From Actinomycetes bacterium (GTDB lineage Bacteria; Actinomycetota; Actinomycetes; JACCUZ01), in contig DATHAP010000168.1 in the NCBI GenBank assembly GCA_035489715.1, positions 1 through 57,780 of the forward strand: a DNA stretch of 57,780 nucleotides. The letters are read 5' to 3'. Positions 1 through 8,750 of this stretch are shown here, piece by piece. How positions within the stretch are numbered: position 1 is the first letter of the stretch; each line of letters opens with the position of its first letter. The notes under the pieces are model-generated. The model saw nothing but the letters and a program-made list of their open reading frames with translations. It did not search any database and was not told the DNA's origin. Position numbers and translations under genes: made by a program.

Positions 1-1
1 C

Positions 2-664
2 GGCGAACCGCTGGGCCTGGTGCCCCTGGGCACCGGCAACGACCTGGCCCGGACCCTCGGCATCCCGCTCGAGCCGGCCGACGCCGCCCAGGCGCTCCTC
101 GACGGCAGCCCGCGCCCGCTGGACCTGCTCGTCGACGACGACGGCGGTGTCGTCGTCAACGTCGTGCACCTGGGTGTCGGCGCCGAGGCCGCGGAGAAGG
201 CCACCGGGCTCAAGGACCGGCTGGGGAAGGCGGCCTACCCGGTCGGCAGCGTCCTCGCGGCGGCCGGCCCCACGGGGTGGGACCTGCGGGTGGAGGTCGA
301 CGGGTCGGTCGTCGAGGTCGACGGGCCGGCCCTCATGGTGGTGGTCGCCAACGGGCGCACGATCGGCGGCGGCGCCGAGGTCGCGCCGGACGCGGCGCCC
401 GACGACGGGCTGCTCGACGTCGTGGTGGCGACCTCCACCGGGCCGCTCGCACGGCTCGGCTTCGGCGTCGCGCTGCGCGAAGGCGAGCACGTCGAGCGCG
501 AGGACGTGACCACCCGCCGCGGGAGCACGGTCACCGTGTCGGGACAGCCCTTCCCGCTCAACGCCGACGGCGAGCTCGACGGGCCGGTCGCGTCCCGGAC
601 CTGGCGGGTGGAGCGGGGCGCCTGGGCGCTGCTGGTGGCTACATCCAGCGGCGGATCGGGCTGA
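2..664 (+). CDS. Diacylglycerol/lipid kinase family protein (YegS/BmrU-like), C-terminal part; 5' end outside window
   Basis: The frame is open from the window edge. It carries the PLGTGNDLARTLG catalytic-domain motif followed by the accessory domain (LNADGELDG). GC3 is high. Confidence 0.8.
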   Translation, partial: GEPLGLVPLGTGNDLARTLGIPLEPADAAQALLDGSPRPLDLLVDDDGGVVVNVVHLGVGAEAAEKATGLKDRLGKAAYPVGSVLAAAGPTGWDLRVEVDGSVVEVDGPALMVVVANGRTIGGGAEVAPDAAPDDGLLDVVVATSTGPLARLGFGVALREGEHVEREDVTTRRGSTVTVSGQPFPLNADGELDGPVASRTWRVERGAWALLVATSSGGSG

Positions 665-1796
665 CCGCCTTCTCCTGCACCCGCTGGGTGACCGACCGGT
701 TGCGCCACCGGGTCAGGTCGATCTCGATGCTGCGCTCGAAGTCCTCGTCGAGGTGCGCGTCCAGCGTCGCCGTCAGGTCGCGGTCCAGCGCGATCAGCAC
801 GACCTCCTCGTCGTGGTCCAGGGAGCGCCGGTTGAAGTTCGACGACCCGATGACCGCCGCCTGGCCGTCGACCGTCATGACCTTGGCGTGCATCATCGAC
901 GGCTGGAAGGTCCAGACCCGGACGCCGCAGTTGACCAGCCGGTCGTAGACACCCTCGCTGGTGAGCTGCGAGACCCGCTTGTCGGCGTGCGGCCCCGGGA
1001 CGACGAGGTCGACGTCGACGCCGCGGGCCGGTGCGTCGCAGAGCGTGTCGAGGAAGTCGGAGTCCGGGGCGAAGTAGGCCGTGGCGATCCGCAGCCGCTC
1101 CCGCGCGGAGCAGAGCATGACGTGGAACGCCGACTGCATGTCGTCCCAGCCGATGCTCGCCGAGCCGCGGACGATCTGCACCGTGCTGCTGCCCGTCTGC
1201 GGCTGCTCGGGGAACTCGTCGTCCTCGGAGTAGAGCTCCTGCCCGGTCTCGGCCCAGTCCTGGATGAAGGCCGACTGCAGCCCGTCGACCGCCGGCCCCT
1301 CGACCCGCAGGTGCGTGTCGCGCCACTCGTTCTCGTTGCGGGCGTCGCCCGTCCACTCCTCCGCGATGCCGACGCCGCCGGTGAAGGCGATGCGGCCGTC
1401 GACGACGCAGACCTTGCGGTGCAGCCGGTGGTTGGCCTTGAACGGCGACTTGAGCCACGGCTTGCGGAACCACTCGACCTGCACGCCGGCCCGGTCCATC
1501 TCGTCGACCAGGGTGCCTTCGATCAGCCGGCCCCCGAGGGCGTCGATCAGCAGGCGGACCCGGACGCCGGCCCGGGCCCGGTCGCTCATCGCCTTGGCGA
1601 GCTCGACCGCGATGTCCCCGCGCCAGTAGACGAACGTCATCAGGTCGACGGTGCTCTGCGCCCCCCGGATCGCCTCGAGCATCGCGGGGAAGATCTGGTC
1701 ACCGTTGCGCAGGACGGTGACGGAGTTGCCCTCCGTGAACGGCGTCCCGATCACAACCTCGAGACGGCGACGCAGGACATGCTCGAAGTCGGCCAC
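639..1796 (-). CDS. Phospholipase D family protein, cardiolipin synthase ClsB-like (no TM segment)
   Basis: Two HKD motifs are present: HRKVCVVDGRIAFTGG and HAKVMTVDGQAAVIGSSNFNRRS. The GTG start at 1796 is preceded by TAGTCT-N6. Confidence 0.9.
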   Translation of the reverse strand: MADFEHVLRRRLEVVIGTPFTEGNSVTVLRNGDQIFPAMLEAIRGAQSTVDLMTFVYWRGDIAVELAKAMSDRARAGVRVRLLIDALGGRLIEGTLVDEMDRAGVQVEWFRKPWLKSPFKANHRLHRKVCVVDGRIAFTGGVGIAEEWTGDARNENEWRDTHLRVEGPAVDGLQSAFIQDWAETGQELYSEDDEFPEQPQTGSSTVQIVRGSASIGWDDMQSAFHVMLCSARERLRIATAYFAPDSDFLDTLCDAPARGVDVDLVVPGPHADKRVSQLTSEGVYDRLVNCGVRVWTFQPSMMHAKVMTVDGQAAVIGSSNFNRRSLDHDEEVVLIALDRDLTATLDAHLDEDFERSIEIDLTRWRNRSVTQRVQEKAVSPIRRWM

Positions 1797-1802
1797 CGGG
1801 TC

Positions 1803-1808
1803 AGACTA
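1803..1808 (-). promoter_or_regulatory. -10-like hexamer TAGTCT, 6 nt upstream of the PLD GTG start (leaderless-type promoter)
   Basis: The minus-strand read is TAGTCT-gacccg-GTG with no SD. The hexamer overlaps the stop codon of the upstream LuxR gene. Confidence 0.4.
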
Positions 1809-1810
1809 GG

Positions 1811-2782
1811 TCAGAGCAGGCCACGCCGGTGCGCCTCCACCCCGGCCTGGAAGCGCGTGCGGGCGCCGAGCTCGTCCATCAGCTCGGCGACCCGGCGGCG
1901 GACCGTGCGCAGCGACAGGCCGAGCTGACGTGCGATGGTCTCGTCCTTCGTGCCGCTCACCAGCAGCTCGAGGATCCGGCGCCGGTCGTCGAGGGCCCCG
2001 TCGTCGTCAGGCAGCTCGAGCGGTGCGGCCCGCACCCACAATTGCTCGAAAAGCTCGAGGACCAGGGCGACCAGACCCGGCGCGCGCACGATCAGCCGGG
2101 CGCCGCCCTCGTTCTCGTCACCTTCGGCGGACACCAGCGCGACCTCGCGACCGAAGACCGCGATGGTAGGCAGCGGCTGGACGGACAGCCGGACCTGCTC
2201 GCCGGCGACGGCCCAACCCTGCACGTAGTCCAGCCGGCGGTCGTCCTCGAGCACCTCCACGGGGTAGAGACCACGCATCCGCCGGCCCTCCCGGAGCTGG
2301 TGGCGCACCAGCTCGACGTAGGTCGGTGAGTCCACGTCGATGTGGATCGCCTGGTGGCAGGAGACGATGTCGCCGCTGGTGCCGCGCTGCAGGTCCTCGA
2401 CCCCGGCGAACGACTCCTCGGCGCTGAGCAGCTCGACCGGCATCCGCGACCAGGCCCGGGACTGGCCGACCATGTGGTCGGCGGCGAAGCCGGCCAGCGC
2501 GGCGCGCACCGTGTCGAGCCGGGCCCGCTGCTCCTCGAGGTCGCTCAGCGACGCGTGCAGCATGGCCATCAGCGTCGTCGCGGGGGACGCCGGAGCCGGC
2601 CCGGTGGGCGTCGGGCTGATCAGGCCCAGCTCGGCAAGGCCGTCGAGGGCGGCGGCCACCCGCTCGTCCGGGAGCCTCAGGTACCCGGCCAGCCCGGCGG
2701 CGTCGAGGTCCGGGTTGCGCAGCAGCGCCCGGTAGACGGTCTCCGCCTCGTCGTCGAGCCCCCACACGCCCAACGCGCTCAC
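1811..2782 (-). CDS. LuxR-family transcriptional regulator (TrmB-like N-terminal wHTH, C-terminal LuxR HTH)
   Basis: The C-terminal sequence TKDETIARQLGLSLRTVRRRVAELMDELGARTR is a LuxR/FixJ-type HTH. I trimmed the 449-aa ORF to GTG 2782, where the protein-like sequence begins (VSALGVWGLDDEAETVYRALL) and which is preceded by TAGGGT-N7. Confidence 0.8.
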   Translation of the reverse strand: MSALGVWGLDDEAETVYRALLRNPDLDAAGLAGYLRLPDERVAAALDGLAELGLISPTPTGPAPASPATTLMAMLHASLSDLEEQRARLDTVRAALAGFAADHMVGQSRAWSRMPVELLSAEESFAGVEDLQRGTSGDIVSCHQAIHIDVDSPTYVELVRHQLREGRRMRGLYPVEVLEDDRRLDYVQGWAVAGEQVRLSVQPLPTIAVFGREVALVSAEGDENEGGARLIVRAPGLVALVLELFEQLWVRAAPLELPDDDGALDDRRRILELLVSGTKDETIARQLGLSLRTVRRRVAELMDELGARTRFQAGVEAHRRGLL

Positions 2783-2789
2783 CCGGCCC

Positions 2790-2795
2790 ACCCTA
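2790..2795 (-). promoter_or_regulatory. -10-like hexamer TAGGGT, 7 nt upstream of LuxR GTG start (leaderless-type)
   Basis: The minus-strand read is TAGGGT-gggccgg-GTG. Confidence 0.45.
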
Positions 2796-2882
2796 GGTCC
2801 GACGGCGCTTCGGGCTGGCAGGTTGGTGTCAGTGGCAGGGACGAGCCAGGTCAATCCGGGCCAGAGGGGGCAAGATGGGCCG

Positions 2883-2928
2883 CGACGAGGCGCGGAACCG
2901 CGGCAGGGGACGGTTCTGCGCCTCGTCG
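2883..2928 (-). other. Very stable 18-bp stem-loop (11 bp + G.U + 6 bp, 10-nt loop) in the DUF3151-LuxR spacer
   Basis: CGACGAGGCGC-G-GAACCG [loop] CGGTTC-T-GCGCCTCGTCG. It could be a second terminator or a leader structure. Confidence 0.5.
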
Positions 2929-2968
2929 GCGTCTTGCGGCGTCGACGTTGATCGAGCGGATCGTCAGC

Positions 2969-2998
2969 CCACCGGGGCGTCTCGGGGCGCCCCGGTGG
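2969..2998 (-). terminator. Hairpin terminator candidate downstream of the DUF3151 gene
   Basis: An 11-bp perfect GC-rich stem (CCACCGGGGCG / CGCCCCGGTGG) with an 8-nt loop lies 22 nt after the stop at 3021. There is no U-tract. Confidence 0.5.
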
Positions 2999-3020
2999 CA
3001 TGACGATCCCGGCGGCGCGC

Positions 3021-3440
3021 TCAGTGCCGGTCGGCTGCCAGCTCCGCCACGGCGGTCGCGCTGGAGTCCGCGAGGAACGTCCGGCAGCGCTGCGCCTCCT
3101 CGTCCTCGCCGATCCGGCCGGCCGCGACGCCCAGCGCGTGCAGCGCCCGCAGGAACCCACGGTTCGGCTCGTGCTCCCAGGGGACCGGGCCGTGACCCTT
3201 CCAGCCGTTACGACGCAGGGCGTCCAGCCCCCGGTGGTAGCCGGTCCGCGCGTAGGCGTAGCCCTCGACCGCGCGGCCGCCGGCGAGCGCCTCCTCGGCC
3301 AGCACCGCCCACGCCAGGCTCGACGTCGGATGGTCGGCCGCGACCTCCACGGCGGGCCGGCCGGCAGCCAGCTCGCCCCGGCCCGGCTCGTCGGGCAGCT
3401 CGGTCGCCGGCGGCTCGCCGAGCAGGTTGCCGGAGGTCAC
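3021..3440 (-). CDS. DUF3151 domain-containing protein
   Basis: It carries the signature AYARTGYHRGLDALRRNGWKGHGPVPWEHEPNRGFLRAL. The GTG start at 3440 overlaps the upstream stop (GTGA). The family typically neighbours fba in actinobacteria. Confidence 0.85.
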   Translation of the reverse strand: MTSGNLLGEPPATELPDEPGRGELAAGRPAVEVAADHPTSSLAWAVLAEEALAGGRAVEGYAYARTGYHRGLDALRRNGWKGHGPVPWEHEPNRGFLRALHALGVAAGRIGEDEEAQRCRTFLADSSATAVAELAADRH

Positions 3441-4585
3441 GGCCGGCCGATGTGCAGGGTGGCAACGACGCCCGCGTGGTCCGACGGCCACAAAAGGCGC
3501 GGCGCGCCGGTCACCGTGCTGGTCGCCCGGTCGGCCAGCTCTTCGCCGACCACGTGCGCCTCGGTCGCCTCGATGACGGGGTCCTCGGGAGAGTCCGGCT
3601 CGGGTTCGTAGAGGACGTAGTCGATCCGGTGGTCGATCTTCGACGGCACGTTGGTCAGCGGGTCGGTCTGGCCGGACGTGTCGCCGTCGCCGGTTCCCGG
3701 TGCCTCGATCCACGCGTCGGCCAGCCCGATCGACGTCAGCGTCTCGTAAGCGACCACGTCGTCTCCCTCGGGCTCCTCGTCGCGCCGTTGGGAGTTGAGG
3801 TCGCCGACGAGCACCACGGGGTGCGGGGAGGCCGTCAGGGACTCGGCCAGCTCGGCGGCCTGCAGGTTGCGGACCGTCGCGCTGAACGCCTCGAGGTGGG
3901 TGTTGGCGAACCGGAACGTCTTGCCCCGCACCTTCACGTCGACCGTGGACCAGCCACGGATGATGCGGGTGCTGCCGACCGGCAGGGTCACCGGGATGCC
4001 GGCCACGAACGTGTGCGGCTGCGGATTCGCTGCCTTGAGCCGCGACGTGGGCAGGTCAGCCCGCGCGATCACGACGTCGCGGTCGGTGAACCGCACGGCC
4101 AACCCGAGAGGTGGGATCGGCACCGTCGGGCTGACGAAGTTGGTGTTCGAGGCGATCACCCGGTACGGGGTCCCACGCTCGGCGAGCGCGTCGAGCAGCA
4201 GCTCCTGGAAGTCGTAGGACGGCACCGGCGCCCCGGAGAGGGAAGTGGTGGCCCAGTTCGCCACCTCCTGCAGGCCGACGACGTCCGGGTCGTCCTCCGC
4301 GAGCAGGTCGGCGATCGCCTCCGCCCGGGCCGGGAAGTCGGTCGCCACGACGTTCTGCCACAGCGCGGCGGCCGCGGCGACGAACTCCGGCACAGTGTCG
4401 ACCTCCGGTTCGACGAGGCTGCCGATGTTGCCGCCGAGGAAGAGGTTGTAGCTCGCGACGCCCACCTCGCGCTGCGGCGACGGCGATGCGCCGGCCTGCG
4501 GTGCGGCGGTGAGCAGCGACAGGGCAGCGACGAGGAGGGCAGCGAGCGCCCCGACGAGTCGCGGCGACGTACGACGTGCAGACAT
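3437..4585 (-). CDS. Secreted endonuclease/exonuclease/phosphatase (EEP) family protein
   Basis: A signal peptide (MSARRTSPRLVGALAALLVAALSLLTAAPQAGA) is followed by EEP blocks (VASYNLFLG, VGLQEV, GDLNS, SDHAGV). A GGAGGGG SD lies upstream of ATG 4585. Confidence 0.85.
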   Translation of the reverse strand: MSARRTSPRLVGALAALLVAALSLLTAAPQAGASPSPQREVGVASYNLFLGGNIGSLVEPEVDTVPEFVAAAAALWQNVVATDFPARAEAIADLLAEDDPDVVGLQEVANWATTSLSGAPVPSYDFQELLLDALAERGTPYRVIASNTNFVSPTVPIPPLGLAVRFTDRDVVIARADLPTSRLKAANPQPHTFVAGIPVTLPVGSTRIIRGWSTVDVKVRGKTFRFANTHLEAFSATVRNLQAAELAESLTASPHPVVLVGDLNSQRRDEEPEGDDVVAYETLTSIGLADAWIEAPGTGDGDTSGQTDPLTNVPSKIDHRIDYVLYEPEPDSPEDPVIEATEAHVVGEELADRATSTVTGAPRLLWPSDHAGVVATLHIGRP

Positions 4586-4680
4586 GGGCGAGCCCCTCCA
4601 TGGTCGGGTCCTGCGGTGTCCCGAGGGGGACCCCACCACGAAGGGGCTCGTCCGGCAAGAGCCCTTGGTCGGCTGCCGCG

Positions 4681-5220
4681 TCAGGCGGTCGCCTCCTCCA
4701 CCGCGTCGGGGGCGTTCGCGACCACCCGGTGCACGCTGGCCGTCACGGTGACGGTCGGCACCAGGGTGGTGCGGTCCACGACGAAGTCGAAGTCGCGCGA
4801 CTTCACGACGACGTGGTCGCCGACGAGCACGGCGGACAGGTCGACGACGCCGTCACGGGTCACCTTGGCGTCGGCGAGCACGGTGACGGTGACGTCGGTG
4901 CCGCGCAGGTCCTTGTAGCGGCCGCCGTGCACGGTGAAGGTCAGGGTGGCGTCGGCGGCCTCGACGGCGAGGGCGGTGTCGGTGGCCGCGACCGGGGCGA
5001 CCGCGGGGGTCACGGCCTTGACCTTGCCGCCGAGCACGACCTTGCCCTTTGCCTTGGCCTGGCGCTCGAGCTTGCGGGCCTCGGCCCGGGCCTTGGCGAG
5101 CTGGGACTTGCTGACGCCGGTCGACGTGGAGCCGCCGTCGTCGGCCACGGCAGCGGCGGCCGGTGCGAGGGCGAGCGCCGCTGTGACGAGCAGCGCGGTG
5201 GAGGCGGAGCGGACGGACAT
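4681..5220 (-). CDS. Secreted hypothetical protein
   Basis: It has a signal peptide (MSVRSASTALLVTAALALAPAAAAVA), a Lys/Ala-rich coil and a beta-rich C-terminal region. GC3 is high. I recognise no family confidently. Confidence 0.6.
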   Translation of the reverse strand: MSVRSASTALLVTAALALAPAAAAVADDGGSTSTGVSKSQLAKARAEARKLERQAKAKGKVVLGGKVKAVTPAVAPVAATDTALAVEAADATLTFTVHGGRYKDLRGTDVTVTVLADAKVTRDGVVDLSAVLVGDHVVVKSRDFDFVVDRTTLVPTVTVTASVHRVVANAPDAVEEATA

Positions 5221-5366
5221 GAAGACTCCGATGACGTATGAGGACCCCGAGGTACGTCCTCTACGTCGGCGCCCGCCGCCGGCCGTCTTGAGACGAAACG
5301 GGCAGAACCGGCCCGGAATCCCCCGATCGGGTCAACCGGACGCCACGCGTCGACCCGCCGACGTCC

Positions 5367-6398
5367 TCAGGCCTTGCCCAGAGACGTCCCGGCCGAGCGG
5401 AGGTCCTCGCACGCCTCGACGACGCGCGCGGCCATGCCCTTCTCGGCCGCCTTGCCGTAGGAGCGGGGGTCGTACTGCTTCTTGTTGCCGACCTCGCCGT
5501 CGACCTTGAGCACGCCGCTGTAGTTGCTGAACATGTGGTCGACGATCGGCCGGGTGAAGGCGTACTGCGTGTCGGTGTCGACGTTCATCTTCACCACGCC
5601 GTAGTCGAGCGTCTCGCGGATCTCCTCGAGGGCCGAGCCGCTGCCGCCGTGGAAGACCAGGTCGAACGGCTTGCCGGTGCCCAGCTTGGCGCCGACCTCG
5701 TCCTGGATGTCCTTGAGGATCGACGGGCGGAGCTTGACGTTGCCGGGCTTGTAGACGCCGTGCACGTTGCCGAACGTCGCGGCGAGCAGGTAGCGGCCGA
5801 CCTCGCCCGGGGCACCGAGCATCTCGACGGTGCGCACGGCGTCACCCGGCGTCGTGTAGAGCTTCTCGTTGATCTCGTTGGCGACGCCGTCCTCCTCGCC
5901 GCCGACGACGCCGATCTCCAGCTCCATGACGATCTTCGCTGCGGCACACGCCTCGAGCAGCTCGCGGGCGATCTGCAGGTTCTCCTCCAGCTCGACCGCC
6001 GAGCCGTCCCACATGTGCGACTGGAAGAGCGGCTCCCGGCCCTCGGCCACCCGCTGCTTGGAGATCTCGACCAGCGGCCGCATGTAGCCGTCGAGCTTGT
6101 CCTTCGGGCAGTGGTCCGTGTGCAGCGCGATCTGCACCGGGTACGCCTTCGCGACGTGGTGGGCGTACTCGGCCAGGGCCTGCGCCCCGAGCACCATGTC
6201 CTTGACGGTCGAGCCGGACAGGAACTCGGCGCCGCCCGTCGAGACCTGCACGATGCCGTCGCTGCCGGCCTCCGCGAAGCCCTGCAGGGCGGCGTTGAGG
6301 GTCTGGGACGACGTCACGTTGATCGCCGGGTAGGCGAAGGCGCCGGCCTTCGCGCGGTCCAGCATCTCGCCGTAGACGTCGGGGGTGGCGATGGGCAT
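5367..6398 (-). CDS. fba: Class II fructose-bisphosphate aldolase
   Basis: The full-length translation looks like a class II FBA (MPIATPDVYGEMLDRAKAGAFAYPAINV..., HTDHCP, FHGGSGS). An AGGGAG SD precedes the start. Confidence 0.97.
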   Translation of the reverse strand: MPIATPDVYGEMLDRAKAGAFAYPAINVTSSQTLNAALQGFAEAGSDGIVQVSTGGAEFLSGSTVKDMVLGAQALAEYAHHVAKAYPVQIALHTDHCPKDKLDGYMRPLVEISKQRVAEGREPLFQSHMWDGSAVELEENLQIARELLEACAAAKIVMELEIGVVGGEEDGVANEINEKLYTTPGDAVRTVEMLGAPGEVGRYLLAATFGNVHGVYKPGNVKLRPSILKDIQDEVGAKLGTGKPFDLVFHGGSGSALEEIRETLDYGVVKMNVDTDTQYAFTRPIVDHMFSNYSGVLKVDGEVGNKKQYDPRSYGKAAEKGMAARVVEACEDLRSAGTSLGKA

Positions 6399-6488
6399 GG
6401 CGGGCTCCCTGGTGGATCGGCAGGCGGCACACGTGCTTGGCCGTCGTCTTCATCCTCGCAGAGCCCGCCGGCGCCGGGGAACGGCGTC

Positions 6489-7853
6489 TCAGCCGGCGCG
6501 CACGAGGTCCGCAGCCTTCCGCGCGGCGATCAGCACCGGGTCCCACGTGGGCGAGAACGGTGGGGCGTAGCCGAGGTCGAGGGAGACCACCTCCTCGACC
6601 GTCATCCGGTTCCACAGGGCCACCGCGAGCACGTCGATACGCTTGGCCGACGCCGCGCCGCCGACGATCTGCCCGCCCAACAGGCGACCGCTGCGCTGCT
6701 CCACCACGAGCTTCACCGTGACCTGGTCGGCTCCCGGGTAGTAGCCGGCCCGGGTCCGCGACCCGACCTGGACGGTCAGGTAGCGGAAGCCGACCGCGTC
6801 GCAGTCGCGCTCGCGCAGCCCGGTCCGCGCGATCTCGAGGTCGCACACCTTGCTCACGGCCGTCCCCACGACACCGGGGAACGTCGCGTAGCCCCCGCCG
6901 AGGTTGGTGCCGGCGACCCGGCCCTGCTTGTTGGCGTGGGTGCCGAGCGCGACGTGCACCCGGTTGCCCGAGACGAGGTCGATCGACTCGACGCAGTCGC
7001 CGGCCGCCCACACGCCGTCGGCGTCGAAGACCCGCATCTGCAGGTCGGTGACCAACCCGCCCCACCGGCCCAGAGGCAGCCCGGCAGCGGCGGCCAGAGT
7101 CGTCTCCGGCTCGACGCCGGTGCCCAGCACGACGACGTCGGCCGGCAGCTCGCCCTGGTCGGTGACGACACCGGTTGCCCGCCCGTCCGGGCCGGTCGTC
7201 ACCTCGCGCAGCTGCACCGACGTCCGCACGTCGATGCCCATGTCCTCCATCGCCTGGTGCACCTGGGCGCCCATGTCCGGGTCGAGGGTGGCCATCGGCT
7301 CCCGCGAGCGGGTCACCACGGTCACCTCCAGGCCGCGGTTGACCATCGCCTCTGCCATCTCGATGCCGATGTAGCCACCGCCCACGACCACCGCACGTCG
7401 CGGGCTGTGCTCGAGGGTGTCGAGCAGCGCCTCGCCGTCGTCGAGGGTCTGCACGCCGTGCACGCCGGGTGCGGTCACGCCGGGGATCTCGGGACGACGG
7501 GGGCGGGCGCCGGTGGCGATCACCACCTCGTCGAAGCCCATGCGGTACGTCGTCGAGGTGCCGTGGTCGCGCACCTCCAGCTCGCGCCGGTCGAGGTCGA
7601 GCCCGGTGGCCTCGTGGCGCAGCCGCAGGTCGATGCCGTTGGCCCGGTGCTCCTCCGGCGTCCGGGCGACCAGGGCCGCCTCGTCATCGACCACGCCACC
7701 GACCCAGTAGGGGATGCCGCAGGCGGAGTAGGAGGCGTGCCGGCCCCGCTCCAGGGCGAGCACCTCGAGGCCGTCGCCGCGCAGCCGCTTGGCCTGCGAG
7801 GCCGCCGACATGCCCGCGGCGTCGCCTCCGACGACGACCAGCCGCTCGGTCAC
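6489..7853 (-). CDS. FAD-dependent pyridine nucleotide-disulfide oxidoreductase, CoA-disulfide reductase/NADH oxidase-like
   Basis: It has the N-terminal VVVGGDAAGMSAA dinucleotide fold, the single redox-Cys motif SYSACGIPY and a second Rossmann motif VVVGGGYIGIEMAE. I trimmed the 686-aa ORF to GTG 7853, which overlaps the GNAT stop. Confidence 0.9.
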   Translation of the reverse strand: MTERLVVVGGDAAGMSAASQAKRLRGDGLEVLALERGRHASYSACGIPYWVGGVVDDEAALVARTPEEHRANGIDLRLRHEATGLDLDRRELEVRDHGTSTTYRMGFDEVVIATGARPRRPEIPGVTAPGVHGVQTLDDGEALLDTLEHSPRRAVVVGGGYIGIEMAEAMVNRGLEVTVVTRSREPMATLDPDMGAQVHQAMEDMGIDVRTSVQLREVTTGPDGRATGVVTDQGELPADVVVLGTGVEPETTLAAAAGLPLGRWGGLVTDLQMRVFDADGVWAAGDCVESIDLVSGNRVHVALGTHANKQGRVAGTNLGGGYATFPGVVGTAVSKVCDLEIARTGLRERDCDAVGFRYLTVQVGSRTRAGYYPGADQVTVKLVVEQRSGRLLGGQIVGGAASAKRIDVLAVALWNRMTVEEVVSLDLGYAPPFSPTWDPVLIAARKAADLVRAG

Positions 7854-8686
7854 GGCTCGGCGACCGTCGCGGGCGCCCACACGTACGGCGTGGTCGACGT
7901 CAGCGTGCGCAGGCCGAGGCGCTCGAGGATCGGCCGGCTGTCCGGCGAGGCGTCGACCTGCAGGAAGCGGAAGCCGCGCTCGGCGGCCTCGTCGGCGCGG
8001 CGGGCGACGAGCGCCTTGTAGATTCCGCGGCGGCGGTACTCCTCGAGCGTGCTGCCGCCCCACAGCGACGCGAAGTCGGTGCCGTCGTGGAAGCGCACCC
8101 AGGCGGCGCACACGACGGCCCCGTCGCCGGACTCGGCCAGCCACACCGACATGGCGGCCGGGTCGTCGAGGTGCTCGGCGGCCAGGGCGCGCACGTGCTC
8201 GCCGGAGTCCTGCGACCAGACCGTCGAGTGCAGGACGTTGATCCGCTGCCAGTCCAGCGCCTGCTCCTTGGCGTCCTCGGCGATCCGGCGCACGGTGATG
8301 CCCGGCACGTCGGCAGCACCGGCCAGCCGCTCGCGCACCACGTCGACCTCGCCGACGACGAGGGCCTCCTCCTCCTCCGGGGTGAACCGGGCGGCGAGCA
8401 GGCGCTGCGCCAGGTCGGCGGGGCGGTCGTAGCCGTAGTGCTTCCACTCGAACTCGACGCCGTACGGCCGGAAGCGCTCGACCGCCGCGGCGATCGCCGC
8501 GTCGGCGGTCGACTCGTCGAGGTCGCTCCAGAACACGCCGCCGCCCCACGGCGCGTCCCCAGCGGGCAGCAGCAGCGTCATGGCGCCCGGCTCGGTCACC
8601 GTCTCCTGCTCGAAGCCCGGCGGCGGGTCAGCCGGGTTGCGGCGCACCTGGGTGTCGAAGTGGGCGAGCAGCTCGGCGTCGTCCAT
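7850..8686 (-). CDS. GNAT family N-acetyltransferase
   Basis: A C-terminal acetyl-CoA binding block (EYRRRGIYKALVARRADEAAERGFRFLQVDA) is present. Its stop overlaps the start of the downstream oxidoreductase (GTGA). Confidence 0.8.
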   Translation of the reverse strand: MDDAELLAHFDTQVRRNPADPPPGFEQETVTEPGAMTLLLPAGDAPWGGGVFWSDLDESTADAAIAAAVERFRPYGVEFEWKHYGYDRPADLAQRLLAARFTPEEEEALVVGEVDVVRERLAGAADVPGITVRRIAEDAKEQALDWQRINVLHSTVWSQDSGEHVRALAAEHLDDPAAMSVWLAESGDGAVVCAAWVRFHDGTDFASLWGGSTLEEYRRRGIYKALVARRADEAAERGFRFLQVDASPDSRPILERLGLRTLTSTTPYVWAPATVAEP

Positions 8687-8694
8687 GCCTCCCG

Positions 8695-8700
8695 ACCCTA
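8695..8700 (-). promoter_or_regulatory. -10-like hexamer TAGGGT, 8 nt upstream of GNAT ATG (leaderless-type)
   Basis: The minus-strand read is TAGGGT-cgggaggc-ATG. Confidence 0.4.
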
Positions 8701-8750
8701 GTGACCGACCGCGGCTGCGGGTCCATGCTGTCCACGGGGAGGTGCTGGCG

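Noticed and set aside
2342-4918. An 858-aa plus-strand ORF, together with similar giant ORFs: 5535-8021 (+), 19536-21773 (+), 25711-27774 (+), 29797-32841 (-) and 35721-37715 (-).
   Set aside because: They lie antisense to or out of frame with genes that have clear family signatures. Their translations are Arg/Pro/Gly/Ala-rich low-complexity sequence with no motifs. Long stop-free shadow frames are expected at this G+C content.
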